A stretch of 50,639 nucleotides of DNA from an uncultured candidate division WWE3 bacterium (lineage in GTDB: Bacteria; Patescibacteriota; WWE3; UBA101185; UBA10185). A program made the position numbers and the translations under genes. Every line of letters starts with the position of its first letter. Position 1 is the stretch's first letter. The DNA lies in NCBI GenBank assembly GCA_903879985.1, contig CAIRNR010000007.1, forward strand, positions 412,880-463,518, in the 5' to 3' direction. This document shows positions 36,746 through 46,351 of this stretch, piece by piece. The notes beneath the pieces were generated by a model. It was not told the DNA's origin and did not search any database. It saw nothing but the letters and a program-made list of their open reading frames with translations.

Positions 36746-38053
36746 TTATTGACCACCAAGCATTTTGGCTTTAGCAGCTTTTAATGCATCAGCAGGAGTT
36801 TTTCTGTCATTAGAAGCTACGGTTACAGCGGCGACGGCATCTTTTAAGGCATTTACATAAAGGTCATTACCGGAGCGACCTGCTAAAATACCGGACTTAG
36901 CATATGGCGCACTATCTAATAGTGGTTTTAAGTAAACATTTACAGCACTTAAAGATGAATCGTCTTTTAGATCAACACGCGCATATGGCGCACCGTAGGT
37001 TCTTGTTTGAGAAGCAGTACTGAATAACAACTTTTGCTGATCAGCTTGAGATAAGTAGTTTATGAAATCCCAGGCAACAGCTTGATTCTTACTTTTTGCG
37101 GGTACTGAATACATCCAGAAACTACCCCAAGTTATTGGATTTTGAGCATCTACCTGAGGAACAGGAGCTACACCAATTTGTAAATCAGGTCTGGCCTTGA
37201 TGATATCTAACAAATCCCAGCTTGGTACAAAAATCATAGATACACGTTCTTGAGCAAAAGCTGTGGCAGCTTCTGGGAAGGTTGAATCCCAAATCTTATC
37301 TTGAGTATTAAATATAGTATAGAAAGCTAAAGCATCTTGAGCAGGTTTGGAATCCAAATCCTGTGGAATTGTTATTTTAGCTTGAGCCATCATTAAGCCT
37401 AAGATATCAGAGAAGAAATCAATATTGTTGGAGGTACCAATAGCTGCACCACTTCTAATTAAAGCACCACTGTCAGATTTAACTGTTAATAGCAAAGCTA
37501 AGCGCCGAAACTCTTCCCAAGCTGTTGGAGCTGTAGCCTGGTTTATTGCATCAAAATGCTTTTTGTTATAAACCAAAACCAAACCGTCGTAATACATTGG
37601 AACAGCATAAATCTTGCCATCAAGTAAGGCACTGTCACTAGCTACGGGATAAAATGTTGATTGGTATGTAGCGGCATCCATTAAAGTTGCAGGTTCTGTG
37701 GAAAGGGATGATTTCAAAGTTGGAACCCAAGAATCGTGAACTAATACAATGTCAGCAACATCATCTTGTGCAATTCTTCCAAATACGGTGTCGTGGTAAG
37801 AACTGGATTTAACAACAGTTCTATCATCGTAAGTTATTGTTACATTTGGATGAGCTTCGTGATATTTATCAGCGATGACTTTAAAGGCATCTGGATTTTC
37901 CCAAAGTCCCCAAACATTTAGAGTGACAGGTACTGGGGCGGTTGTGGTTTTACCAAAATACTTACCCACTACTGGTAAATCCTGTAATGTACAGGCAGTT
38001 ACAGTTAAAGGCAGTATCACTAACAGGGCAGTGGTTAGCAGTTTGTTACGCAT
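36746..38053 (-). CDS. Extracellular solute-binding lipoprotein (sugar ABC type), no permease nearby
   Basis: Lipobox VTAC; GKIYAVP...LVYNK; P.TWEE. Confidence 0.85.
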   Translation of the reverse strand: MRNKLLTTALLVILPLTVTACTLQDLPVVGKYFGKTTTAPVPVTLNVWGLWENPDAFKVIADKYHEAHPNVTITYDDRTVVKSSSYHDTVFGRIAQDDVADIVLVHDSWVPTLKSSLSTEPATLMDAATYQSTFYPVASDSALLDGKIYAVPMYYDGLVLVYNKKHFDAINQATAPTAWEEFRRLALLLTVKSDSGALIRSGAAIGTSNNIDFFSDILGLMMAQAKITIPQDLDSKPAQDALAFYTIFNTQDKIWDSTFPEAATAFAQERVSMIFVPSWDLLDIIKARPDLQIGVAPVPQVDAQNPITWGSFWMYSVPAKSKNQAVAWDFINYLSQADQQKLLFSTASQTRTYGAPYARVDLKDDSSLSAVNVYLKPLLDSAPYAKSGILAGRSGNDLYVNALKDAVAAVTVASNDRKTPADALKAAKAKMLGGQ

Positions 38054-38075
38054 TGTTTTAAATTATAGACTCGTT

Positions 38076-39371
38076 TTAGATTTCTTGTCTAGAGGCAAGA
38101 CCGTAAATTAACATGAGAAGTAATAAACCTTGCTGCGAAGTTACGAAATAATGATCGAAACAACCAATAACAATAAGGGATAACAGTGGCAAAAGCATAT
38201 AAGTAGTTTCTTTTGAATAAACTTGTCGCCTTACCAAAAATAAAGTAAGCACCAAAAAAGAAACAAATGCAAAAACACCCGACTCTGCAAACATTAACGC
38301 AAATATGTTATGAACAGGTTGTGTAAAACGATAATCATATTGTTGAAGATAATAACTATCTATAACTTTTGTGAAGTTGTTAAAACCCACACCAAACAAA
38401 GGATGATCTTTAATTATTATGTAAGAAGCGTTCAATAAATTCTCTCGGCGAAATATAGAAGGCACCGTAGAATTATGCAATAGTGGCAAAAAGAAAGAGC
38501 AGTAAAAAATAAACAACATTCCAAAAGCTATAAAAAGTTTTCTTTTTAATAGCGGCCACAAGGAAACAAAGTAAAGTAAATCGTAGGCAAACAAAGATAT
38601 GCCAAAGACAACATAAGCTACAACACTAAAAGTTAAAACCAAAGCGATACTTCCAAAAATAACCGAAACGATTAAAAACCTAAATTTATTAATAAACGGA
38701 AGCATCAATAAAATGGTTACACATAAAAATCCTGCAAAAGCGTTTGGATGTCTAAACAAACCGTAGGCACCAACTTTGCTTAAGCCAAATACATTTTCTA
38801 CAACAATTCCTGGCGTACCTAGTGAATAAGGTTGCTCACCTAAAACTAAATAATTATTAAAAACAGAACCTTGTTTTGCATATTGAAGAATTCCCAACAA
38901 ACTCACCAATGTTATAGATATTCCCAAAACCATAAAAAAAGTTTGAGAGTATTTTTTAAAATCAAATAGATTCTTTGCATATAAAAAAACTACTGAGTAC
39001 AAAAACAAACGTAAAAAACTGGTAAATGACTGGGTAAAACTTTGAGCATTAAATGTTGAAAACATTACGGAAAGAATAAAAATAACTAGTAGTTGATTTT
39101 CTCTTGAGTTAAAAAAAGTTAAAAGTTTTTCTGTAGTAAAGTTTTTTCTTTGAGAAATTAACAACGAAACTAAAAGTAGCGCTGCCAAAATATCCTGAAC
39201 ATAAAGCGTAGGAATAAGATAATCTACAGCTAAACCCGAAACGTATGAAGAGTTAAGCAAAAAGTGTTTTCCTAAATTTACAGGGATAAGAGCAACAATA
39301 GCTAAAAAGATTAGCATACTAAAACCAGTTACTTGGCGCAGTAAAGCAGAAATTATTTTTTTTACACTCAT
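38076..39371 (-). CDS. O-antigen ligase family membrane protein
   Basis: YGLFRHPNAFAG, HPLFGVGFNNF, PVHN. Confidence 0.85.
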   Translation of the reverse strand: MSVKKIISALLRQVTGFSMLIFLAIVALIPVNLGKHFLLNSSYVSGLAVDYLIPTLYVQDILAALLLVSLLISQRKNFTTEKLLTFFNSRENQLLVIFILSVMFSTFNAQSFTQSFTSFLRLFLYSVVFLYAKNLFDFKKYSQTFFMVLGISITLVSLLGILQYAKQGSVFNNYLVLGEQPYSLGTPGIVVENVFGLSKVGAYGLFRHPNAFAGFLCVTILLMLPFINKFRFLIVSVIFGSIALVLTFSVVAYVVFGISLFAYDLLYFVSLWPLLKRKLFIAFGMLFIFYCSFFLPLLHNSTVPSIFRRENLLNASYIIIKDHPLFGVGFNNFTKVIDSYYLQQYDYRFTQPVHNIFALMFAESGVFAFVSFLVLTLFLVRRQVYSKETTYMLLPLLSLIVIGCFDHYFVTSQQGLLLLMLIYGLASRQEI

Positions 39372-40141
39372 TGTTTCAGACTTAGTGAGGCAGTGTGGAC
39401 AGAGTTTGCTAAAGTATCATCAATTACTTGCAGGTTTGGTAAACCTAAAGCTTTTGCAATTAGATAATCCGCTAAATGTGGATTTCTTGCAAGGATTGGT
39501 CCATGAAAATATGAACCAATAGAATTTTTATATAAGATTCCTTCTCCACCATCGGTAGAGTTATTTCCGTTTCCCATTGTGATATTTGCAAATGGTTTCA
39601 TGTTTGGACCAAGAAAGGTACGCCCGCCATGATTTTCAAAACCTGTCACATAATCACCAAGCTTGTTTACTGCTTTAAAAACCTGATCGTTCAAAATAGT
39701 ATCCGAAAGTTTTGCCACAGTGTTGCCAATACAACGAGGTTTATCTTTTCCAAAATGTTGCGTATATAAATCAAACAACCCAAGTCCGGCAAGTTGTTCT
39801 CCATCAGCGGTTTTATAATAATTTCCCATAAGTTGGTAAGCACCACAAACAACTAAGGAAACACCACCGTTCTCAATATATTCTTTAATAAAGGGAGCCT
39901 TATCTAATGACAAATCGGCATACATTTGTTTTTGACTAGAATCAGGTCCACCGCCAATAAAAAGTAAATTAATATTTTTCATAATTTCGGAAGTTATTTT
40001 TTGGCCCGGTTCTATTTCGATCACATTTACGCCAATGTTACGTGCCGACGTTCTATAAGATAAAACTTCAACGTTACCATTATCGCCGTATAAGTTTAAA
40101 AGATTTTTATAAAAATAACCGATTGTTAATGTATCAGCCAT
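39368..40141 (-). CDS. gatD: Lipid II amidotransferase, glutaminase subunit
   Basis: LNLYGDNGN, GGGPD, VCGAYQL, GFENH, HGPILARN. Confidence 0.93.
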   Translation of the reverse strand: MADTLTIGYFYKNLLNLYGDNGNVEVLSYRTSARNIGVNVIEIEPGQKITSEIMKNINLLFIGGGPDSSQKQMYADLSLDKAPFIKEYIENGGVSLVVCGAYQLMGNYYKTADGEQLAGLGLFDLYTQHFGKDKPRCIGNTVAKLSDTILNDQVFKAVNKLGDYVTGFENHGGRTFLGPNMKPFANITMGNGNNSTDGGEGILYKNSIGSYFHGPILARNPHLADYLIAKALGLPNLQVIDDTLANSVHTASLSLKQ

Positions 40142-40142
40142 A

Positions 40143-41288
40143 TTAAAGAATTTTCCTTCCGGTTAAAATCTCACGAGACTCTAGCATTGCTGAATAGTTG
40201 GGTAATAAAAATACTTTTTCTTCTTTTGATAAAACAATTTTAGAAATATTTTCTTTTAAATTTATATTTATATTTTCTGGTGCTACATAAATCCCAGCGT
40301 ATTTTAAACGCAAAGCTAAATCGTAAGCACGTGTTCCTGAAATATAAACTTTTTTTTCAAAGAATACTTTGGCTATTTTTGAAGGGTCAATGTCGTAAAT
40401 CCAAGAAACATCGCGACCATCAGGAATATTATCGTTTAATACACAAAGAAAAACGTTATGTCCAGGCATATTTAATAACATGTGAAGGTTGTTATTAAAA
40501 CTTGCTGGGTTTTTAGCTAAAAAGGTTGTGAACTTTGTGCCTTTATAATTAATAGCCTCACCACGACCATAAGCCGCATCGAAATTTTCTAAAGCTTGTG
40601 TACAGACATCCACCGGAACATGCAACAAATTACAAGCTAATAAGGCAGCGTTTGTATTCTTTACATTAAAATCGCCTTCCAATGGATATGTAAAATTTTC
40701 CGCAACCGAATTATCAAAATAAAAAACATTACCTTTAAATGAAGATGTGAGTCCTGCTAAATTTTCCTGCGTAGCGTCTAAAACTAGGGTCGTATTAGAT
40801 TTTAAAGTAGAAAGTGCATCTCTCCACTTCTCAACAATTGTATCGGTCTCTCCGTAGCGATCTAACTGGTCACGTGAAACATTAAGCAAAAGTAAAATGT
40901 GAGGCTGAATAAATTTTATTAGTGTGGGTAGAGCAAACTCATCAACTTCTAAAACCCCTATTTCGGTTTTTGGATCGCCAAAAAAATCTTTATCTAATAA
41001 CAAAGACGTAACAATTCCGTTTAATAAATTGGCACCGCTTTTATTACTACTTACTTTCATTCCTTGAGCCTCTAATATATGAACAATCAGTTTAGCCGTT
41101 GTTGTTTTACCATTTGTCCCAGAAATAAAAACGTAACCTTTATCTAATACAAAACCGCTATCTTTTAATATGTTAGGGAAAAATGTAAGTACTATATGTC
41201 CAGGCCAAGTTAATCCTGCACTTTTCTTAAACAGTTTAATTATTAGATGAGAAAGTTTAGTTGTTAAAACACTTAGTTCGTAAAACAT
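40143..41288 (-). CDS. murT: Lipid II amidotransferase, Mur-ligase subunit
   Basis: GTNGKTTT, EVDE, RDQLDRYGE, KNP, DGRDVSWIYD, NYSAM. Confidence 0.93.
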   Translation of the reverse strand: MFYELSVLTTKLSHLIIKLFKKSAGLTWPGHIVLTFFPNILKDSGFVLDKGYVFISGTNGKTTTAKLIVHILEAQGMKVSSNKSGANLLNGIVTSLLLDKDFFGDPKTEIGVLEVDEFALPTLIKFIQPHILLLLNVSRDQLDRYGETDTIVEKWRDALSTLKSNTTLVLDATQENLAGLTSSFKGNVFYFDNSVAENFTYPLEGDFNVKNTNAALLACNLLHVPVDVCTQALENFDAAYGRGEAINYKGTKFTTFLAKNPASFNNNLHMLLNMPGHNVFLCVLNDNIPDGRDVSWIYDIDPSKIAKVFFEKKVYISGTRAYDLALRLKYAGIYVAPENININLKENISKIVLSKEEKVFLLPNYSAMLESREILTGRKIL

Positions 41289-41610
41289 TTGTTATCCACA
41301 TTATAATTCATAATACATTTTATATATATAATACGTCTTAGTTGTAGTAGGTAATGTAGATATGTGGATGAAGCTTTGATTTGTTTTGTTGACGCTTTAT
41401 AAACGATTTTCATTTTGTAGATATCTTTTTTTATGATTGCTCCGTTACTTTTTTACTGTTTAATTTTTTATTTGTTACTGTTGCACCTTTTTAACCTGTT
41501 GATAACCTGAGATTTTATGTAGATATCTTTGTGCATAACTTACCTTACTTATCCACAGAACTTATAGTGCTTCAGCTAGTTATCCACCGTAGTTTTTCTG
41601 CGAATCTTTT
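41289..41610. other. Chromosomal replication origin (oriC)
   Basis: TTATCCACA at 41292 and about 41549, plus several near-match boxes; AT-rich 41301-41333; TAG trios 41339-41350; downstream of dnaA. Confidence 0.88.
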
Positions 41611-43008
41611 TCATTCTGCTGAGACCATTTGTTTTACGTTACTAATATCCTGAGTAATCTTTCCGCGTTGCTTAACTTCGGTGCCTATTTTATCCACGCC
41701 ATGCATGATTGTTGTGTGATCACGTCCACCAAGCAAATCTCCAATAGCCATAAAAGGTGTAGAAGTCATTTCTTTTAACAAATACATTGCTACTTGTCGT
41801 GGAAGAACTAAATCTTTTGTACGTCTCTTTCCTTTTAAATCCGGCATTTTAACAGAATAATAAGTGCATACGGCTTTAAGTATTTGGTTTACGTTTACTG
41901 TTGGTGACGCTTTTTGTCTTACAGATTGTCCAAGTGCTGCTGATGCTGAATCTAAGTTAATTTCATATCCTTTTGCACGTGCATCTGTTAAAACTTGAAT
42001 ATAAGCTCCTTCTAATTCTCGAACGTTTGAATCCACACTGTCCGCAATAAAATCTATAACGTTGTTTGGAATAGGATCGTGAGCTGTATCTCTTTTTGTA
42101 CGTAAAATGGCCGTTCTCATTTCAAAGTCCGGTGCTTGAATATCTACAATAATTCCACTGGCAAATCTGGAGGTAACGCGCTCTTCTAAGTTTGTAAATT
42201 CCTTTGGTGGTCTATCAGATGTAATAACAATTTGTTTTTGGTTCATATATAAGGCATTAAACGTGTGGAAAAATTCTTCTTGTGTTGATTCTCTTCCAAT
42301 AACAAACTGTACATCGTCAATTAAAAACACATCCGCTTTTCTAAATTTATTTCTAAAATCATTTGTTGAATATTTTCCTTTTCCACGAATTGCATCTATT
42401 AGCTCGTTTGTAAAATCTTCACCTGTTGTGTAAACAACTTTTGTGCCCGGTTTTGTATTTAAAATTTGATTTCCTATAGCTTGTAATAAATGAGTTTTTC
42501 CAAGTCCTACACCTGAATAAATAAAAACAGGGTTATATAATTCTCCAGGTCTCTCAGCGACTGCAGTTGCTACGGCGTAGGCAAGGTTATTATTTTTACC
42601 CATGATGTAATTTTCAAATGTAAATTTTGGGAATAAGTTGGCTTTTTGTTGCTTCTCTCTTACAACCAAATCTTTATCTTTAGGAGCTTGGAATAGTGGC
42701 CCTAAAGTATCTTCATTTGTTTGTGGTGTTGTTGTTTTTTCAGATTTATTTACAACCGCATGAAATTTTATTTGTTTTCCAGATAGTTTTAGGATTGCTT
42801 CATTAATAACGTTGTAATATTTCTTTTCTAAATTATCTCTAACAAAAACGTCTTCGCATAATATCTTTAAACTTTGATTATCTGTGTCTACTTCTGCTTG
42901 TGTTCTGCCAACCAAGGCTTTAAAAACCATCGGAGATAGTTTCATTTCTACTTCACCAAGTATTGCTTTCCAAAAGTCTTTAGGTTTTTCTAAAGCATTT
43001 ATAACCAT
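41611..43008 (-). CDS. dnaA: Chromosomal replication initiator DnaA
   Basis: FTFENY, YNPVFIYSGVGLGKTHL, DDVQF, QEEFFHTFN, GGRDHTT; start moved to ATG 43008. Confidence 0.98.
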   Translation of the reverse strand: MVINALEKPKDFWKAILGEVEMKLSPMVFKALVGRTQAEVDTDNQSLKILCEDVFVRDNLEKKYYNVINEAILKLSGKQIKFHAVVNKSEKTTTPQTNEDTLGPLFQAPKDKDLVVREKQQKANLFPKFTFENYIMGKNNNLAYAVATAVAERPGELYNPVFIYSGVGLGKTHLLQAIGNQILNTKPGTKVVYTTGEDFTNELIDAIRGKGKYSTNDFRNKFRKADVFLIDDVQFVIGRESTQEEFFHTFNALYMNQKQIVITSDRPPKEFTNLEERVTSRFASGIIVDIQAPDFEMRTAILRTKRDTAHDPIPNNVIDFIADSVDSNVRELEGAYIQVLTDARAKGYEINLDSASAALGQSVRQKASPTVNVNQILKAVCTYYSVKMPDLKGKRRTKDLVLPRQVAMYLLKEMTSTPFMAIGDLLGGRDHTTIMHGVDKIGTEVKQRGKITQDISNVKQMVSAE

Positions 43009-43079
43009 AAGTTGAAGGGAGTACGTTTCTGGGGCAGAAAAATCTTGTTTAGCAATTACCTGACAAAAATATACATAAG

Positions 43080-43088
43080 TTATCCACA
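43080..43088. promoter_or_regulatory. DnaA box upstream of dnaA
   Basis: Perfect TTATCCACA. Confidence 0.75.
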
Positions 43089-43187
43089 ATGATAAAGCAA
43101 CGATAGTTGCATAGACCCTAGAAAACATGTTATTGTACAAATGTGTTTATTTTGGTACAATTCAGGGTTCGGTAAGGTGGTGAAAAT

Positions 43188-43439
43188 ATGACAAACAAAA
43201 CAAGAAAAGTAAAAATAGGAATAAAAGGTAAATTTCAAAAGCTATGGACTGAGCTTTTGCTTAAGAGACAGGCAAAACACCTTGGTTTAAAATTACATAG
43301 TGTTAAACATCATTCTATGCACGAAGGTGAAATATTGGTTTCCGGGGAACAAGTAGACCTTTGGAAATTTATTAAAAATTCAAAAAGTCCTATATTTTTT
43401 GTAAAGTATGAAAAAGTAGAGTTCCAGTTTTTGGATTAA
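43188..43439 (+). CDS. Small protein, acylphosphatase-like pattern lacking catalytic residues
   Basis: KIGIKGKFQ..RQAKHLGL..SVKH..EILVSGE..LWKFI. Confidence 0.55.
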   Translation: MTNKTRKVKIGIKGKFQKLWTELLLKRQAKHLGLKLHSVKHHSMHEGEILVSGEQVDLWKFIKNSKSPIFFVKYEKVEFQFLD

Positions 43440-44374
43440 CTCTTACGACTTTCGCGAATTGCTTTAAGTGATTCTGCTAAAACCTCGTTGTAACTTTTAT
43501 CTAAAAACCCTAAGATACTTTCAAAGTCTGCAATAAACTCATAAACACTTTGTGGATATTCATATTGTGCTTTTTCTCTGTTCCAAACAATTATTATGGA
43601 CATGCCTGCTTTGTCTGCAGCTGTTGCACCAATAACAGAATCTTCAAATACCAAAGCTTCTTTTGGTTTAATGTTTAGGTTTTTAGCTGCCTTCAAATAT
43701 ATTTCGGGGTTTGGTTTTCTATTTTTAACTTGATCCCCGGTGATTAAAATATCAAATACACTTTGGATTTCTAGTTTTTTGGTTACTTCTAAAACTACAT
43801 TTTCCGGTGTGTTGGACAATAATCCCACTTTTAATTTTTTGGCTACTTTAAGGTCCGTAATTAAATCCCAAAAGCCTTCAGTAATTTGTAATTCTGCATT
43901 TGGTAATAATTTAATAAACTCAGCATTTGTTTGATCTACTAAATCTTTTACTTTAGGTTTATCTTCACTTTGAGAGTATGCCAAAACACTTTCCCAAATT
44001 GAATCCATAGAGTCGCCTGATTTAAAAAATCCTGTAGCTGAATAAACTCCCAAATCTTGTTTTGATAAAACACTTTCCATTGCCTGTTTCCATAAAGGTG
44101 CTGTATCGGCCAAAGTTCCATCGAGATCAAAAAATACAGCTTTTTTACCTTCCAATATTCTTACATTTTTTCTTCGTGGTTCGTTAAAGGAAGTTCTTTT
44201 ACCTGTTTTAACAGAGTGCCAAATATAGTAAACATAAAAAGGACCGGTGATCATATTTAATAAAAAATATCTTAATTTGGTAGAACCCTTTATTTCCAAA
44301 TAGAAGGCATACACAAAACCGGCTAATAAATATATTGTTATAGTTGTTGTAATAAGTATTTTTAGTATCAACAT
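43436..44374 (-). CDS. HAD-family phosphatase with N-terminal membrane segments
   Basis: FDLDGTLAD, KPNPEIY, VFEDS. Confidence 0.9.
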   Translation of the reverse strand: MLILKILITTTITIYLLAGFVYAFYLEIKGSTKLRYFLLNMITGPFYVYYIWHSVKTGKRTSFNEPRRKNVRILEGKKAVFFDLDGTLADTAPLWKQAMESVLSKQDLGVYSATGFFKSGDSMDSIWESVLAYSQSEDKPKVKDLVDQTNAEFIKLLPNAELQITEGFWDLITDLKVAKKLKVGLLSNTPENVVLEVTKKLEIQSVFDILITGDQVKNRKPNPEIYLKAAKNLNIKPKEALVFEDSVIGATAADKAGMSIIIVWNREKAQYEYPQSVYEFIADFESILGFLDKSYNEVLAESLKAIRESRKS

Positions 44375-44401
44375 ATCTAGATTCTAAACTAAATGCTTGG
44401 T

Positions 44402-44827
44402 TTAAGACAATTCCTGTAAATAATGTGTAAGTATTAAGGCCGCAGAAATACTATCGTTGTGGCGTCTTTTCTTTTTTCCTACACCCAATTCTATAGCTTC
44501 TTTAAGTGATTCTGCTGTAGATTCGTATTCGTTATAGAATTTTACAGGCATTCGCGTGCGAACTTTAAGTAGTTTTGCAAACTGTCTTGTTTCCAATGAT
44601 TGTTTTGTCTCTTTATTGTCCGCTGATAGTGGCAAGCCAATTACAAAATAACTCACTTTATTTTCAATGGCTTCTCTGGCTATTTGTGCTACAGCAGTTT
44701 CAGCGTTCTTTCCGGATATCATTGATAAGGTAACTACATTTTCACCTCTGCCTAAAGCTGTACCAATAAAGGAACTTCCGTAATCTATACCCATGATTAT
44801 TGAATCTTTTTTTTCAGTTTTATTCAT
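44402..44827 (-). CDS. ruvX: YqgF/RuvX family nuclease
   Basis: MGIDYG, VIGLP, NEYEST, DSISAALIL. Confidence 0.9.
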   Translation of the reverse strand: MNKTEKKDSIIMGIDYGSSFIGTALGRGENVVTLSMISGKNAETAVAQIAREAIENKVSYFVIGLPLSADNKETKQSLETRQFAKLLKVRTRMPVKFYNEYESTAESLKEAIELGVGKKKRRHNDSISAALILTHYLQELS

Positions 44828-46349
44828 TTGTGATATTAATTATGATTCGATTAGAATCTCCTGGAACTCTTTTTAACAAGGGCAAGCTTGGCGTTATCTT
44901 AAAATCATAAGTTTTAATGTTTTTAATACTTCCTAATATCTTTTGTGCGTCGGTTACATTTTTACCTTTTAATTGGTTTTTAAGATCATCAACATTAATA
45001 TCAGGAACGATAAATGCTTTTAATGTAACTTGTATGTCAGCTTCCGTTGAGCTTAAAACACTGCTTGATGATTTACCTAAGACTTGTACGTTCGTTTCAC
45101 GATCTTTATCTGATAGTTTGTAACCTTCTGGAACTAGTCCTACAACTAATTGGTCGAGTAATGCATTTAAGTCTGATGGATTGTAGGCAAGACCTTGTGC
45201 ATCAACATCTAAAGTTAGATTTAAATTATCTGCTTGATCACCGACAACGTTACTGTATGTAGATTTTGTTACTGTTTCGTCAATTGAGCCGTCTACTAGT
45301 TTTTGGGTTGCTCCTATTTTTGATTGTAAGTTTTTGGCAGCATCAGCTTTTGTTTTGTCCGTAACGTTTTGAAGTAATGTTGTTTGGTCTATAACGGCTA
45401 CTACTTTTACGTCTGATTTTTTACCGCCTTTTATTTTGTCTGTGGTTTTGGCGATAATTTGTGATGACTTGTACCCTTTAACACTGAGAGTTTTATCTGA
45501 GTCTATATTGTAGTCACTTCCAACAATAGTGGCAGTAATATCTACATCTGTTTCTCCAGGTGTTAACGTGATTGGCGTAGTGCTGTTATCTGTTGTCATA
45601 GCGGAAACTGTAACTTCGGCATCTGTTGTATATGTAAATGTTTTGCTATTGTCATCTTCGTAATTTATTGTGGTACCTTTCTTTATCTTTATGTCTGCGT
45701 CAGTATTGTTATAAATCGTTACCGGACCTTTTGCATAAGTACCTATGGTTTTTGTGCCTGTTGTAGCAATAACATCTGTATCTTCTGCTGTTGTTGTTAG
45801 GTTAGTGCCTCGTAAAGTTTTTGCATCAGCACTTGTTACTCCGGCAGAGGTTACTTTTATGGTTACACTTCTTGTTAATGGTTGTGCTGAAACAATAATA
45901 TTTGCAGTGGCTTTAGGAGATCTTAAAATAAAAAATCCTGCTCCGGCTAAAACTAATGCACCAACGACACCAAACAATACGCCTTTTTTCACAGGAATAG
46001 TTGGTAATGAAAATTCAAACTTTGGAAATTGTAGCTTTGATTCAGGTTTAATTCTGCCACCTTGTTCGAGATCCTCGTTTTTTATGTCGTCCGACATAAA
46101 CGCTCCGGAACTACCGCTGTTTTCTTTTAACATTTCTAAAAGGACACTTCCGTTTTCGTCGTTTGTTGTAAATTGCAAAGACATCTGATTTTTTTCGGCA
46201 AATTCTTCAAGGAGTTTCAGATTCAAAATGTTTTCAAACAAAACTGAACCTTCGGGAACGGCAAGTTCTAATCCCGAATCCTTAATATCTTTTATTTTAT
46301 TTATTGTAGTTAGTACGTCGTCGTGTATTTGTAAATCTATTCTTGTCAT
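44820..46349 (-). CDS. Membrane-anchored protein with baseplate-J-like segment (CPR-type)
   Basis: Cytoplasmic N-domain, one TM, AKGPVTIYN...GSDYNI...GG motifs. Confidence 0.65.
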   Translation of the reverse strand: MTRIDLQIHDDVLTTINKIKDIKDSGLELAVPEGSVLFENILNLKLLEEFAEKNQMSLQFTTNDENGSVLLEMLKENSGSSGAFMSDDIKNEDLEQGGRIKPESKLQFPKFEFSLPTIPVKKGVLFGVVGALVLAGAGFFILRSPKATANIIVSAQPLTRSVTIKVTSAGVTSADAKTLRGTNLTTTAEDTDVIATTGTKTIGTYAKGPVTIYNNTDADIKIKKGTTINYEDDNSKTFTYTTDAEVTVSAMTTDNSTTPITLTPGETDVDITATIVGSDYNIDSDKTLSVKGYKSSQIIAKTTDKIKGGKKSDVKVVAVIDQTTLLQNVTDKTKADAAKNLQSKIGATQKLVDGSIDETVTKSTYSNVVGDQADNLNLTLDVDAQGLAYNPSDLNALLDQLVVGLVPEGYKLSDKDRETNVQVLGKSSSSVLSSTEADIQVTLKAFIVPDINVDDLKNQLKGKNVTDAQKILGSIKNIKTYDFKITPSLPLLKRVPGDSNRIIINITNE

Positions 46350-46351
46350 AG

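Noticed and set aside
43009-43140. 44-aa N-terminal extension of DnaA
   Set aside because: Not DnaA-like and contains a DnaA box; likely promoter region
44820-46349. Prophage suggested by the baseplate-J-like gene
   Set aside because: Has a TM and housekeeping neighbours; no other phage structural genes
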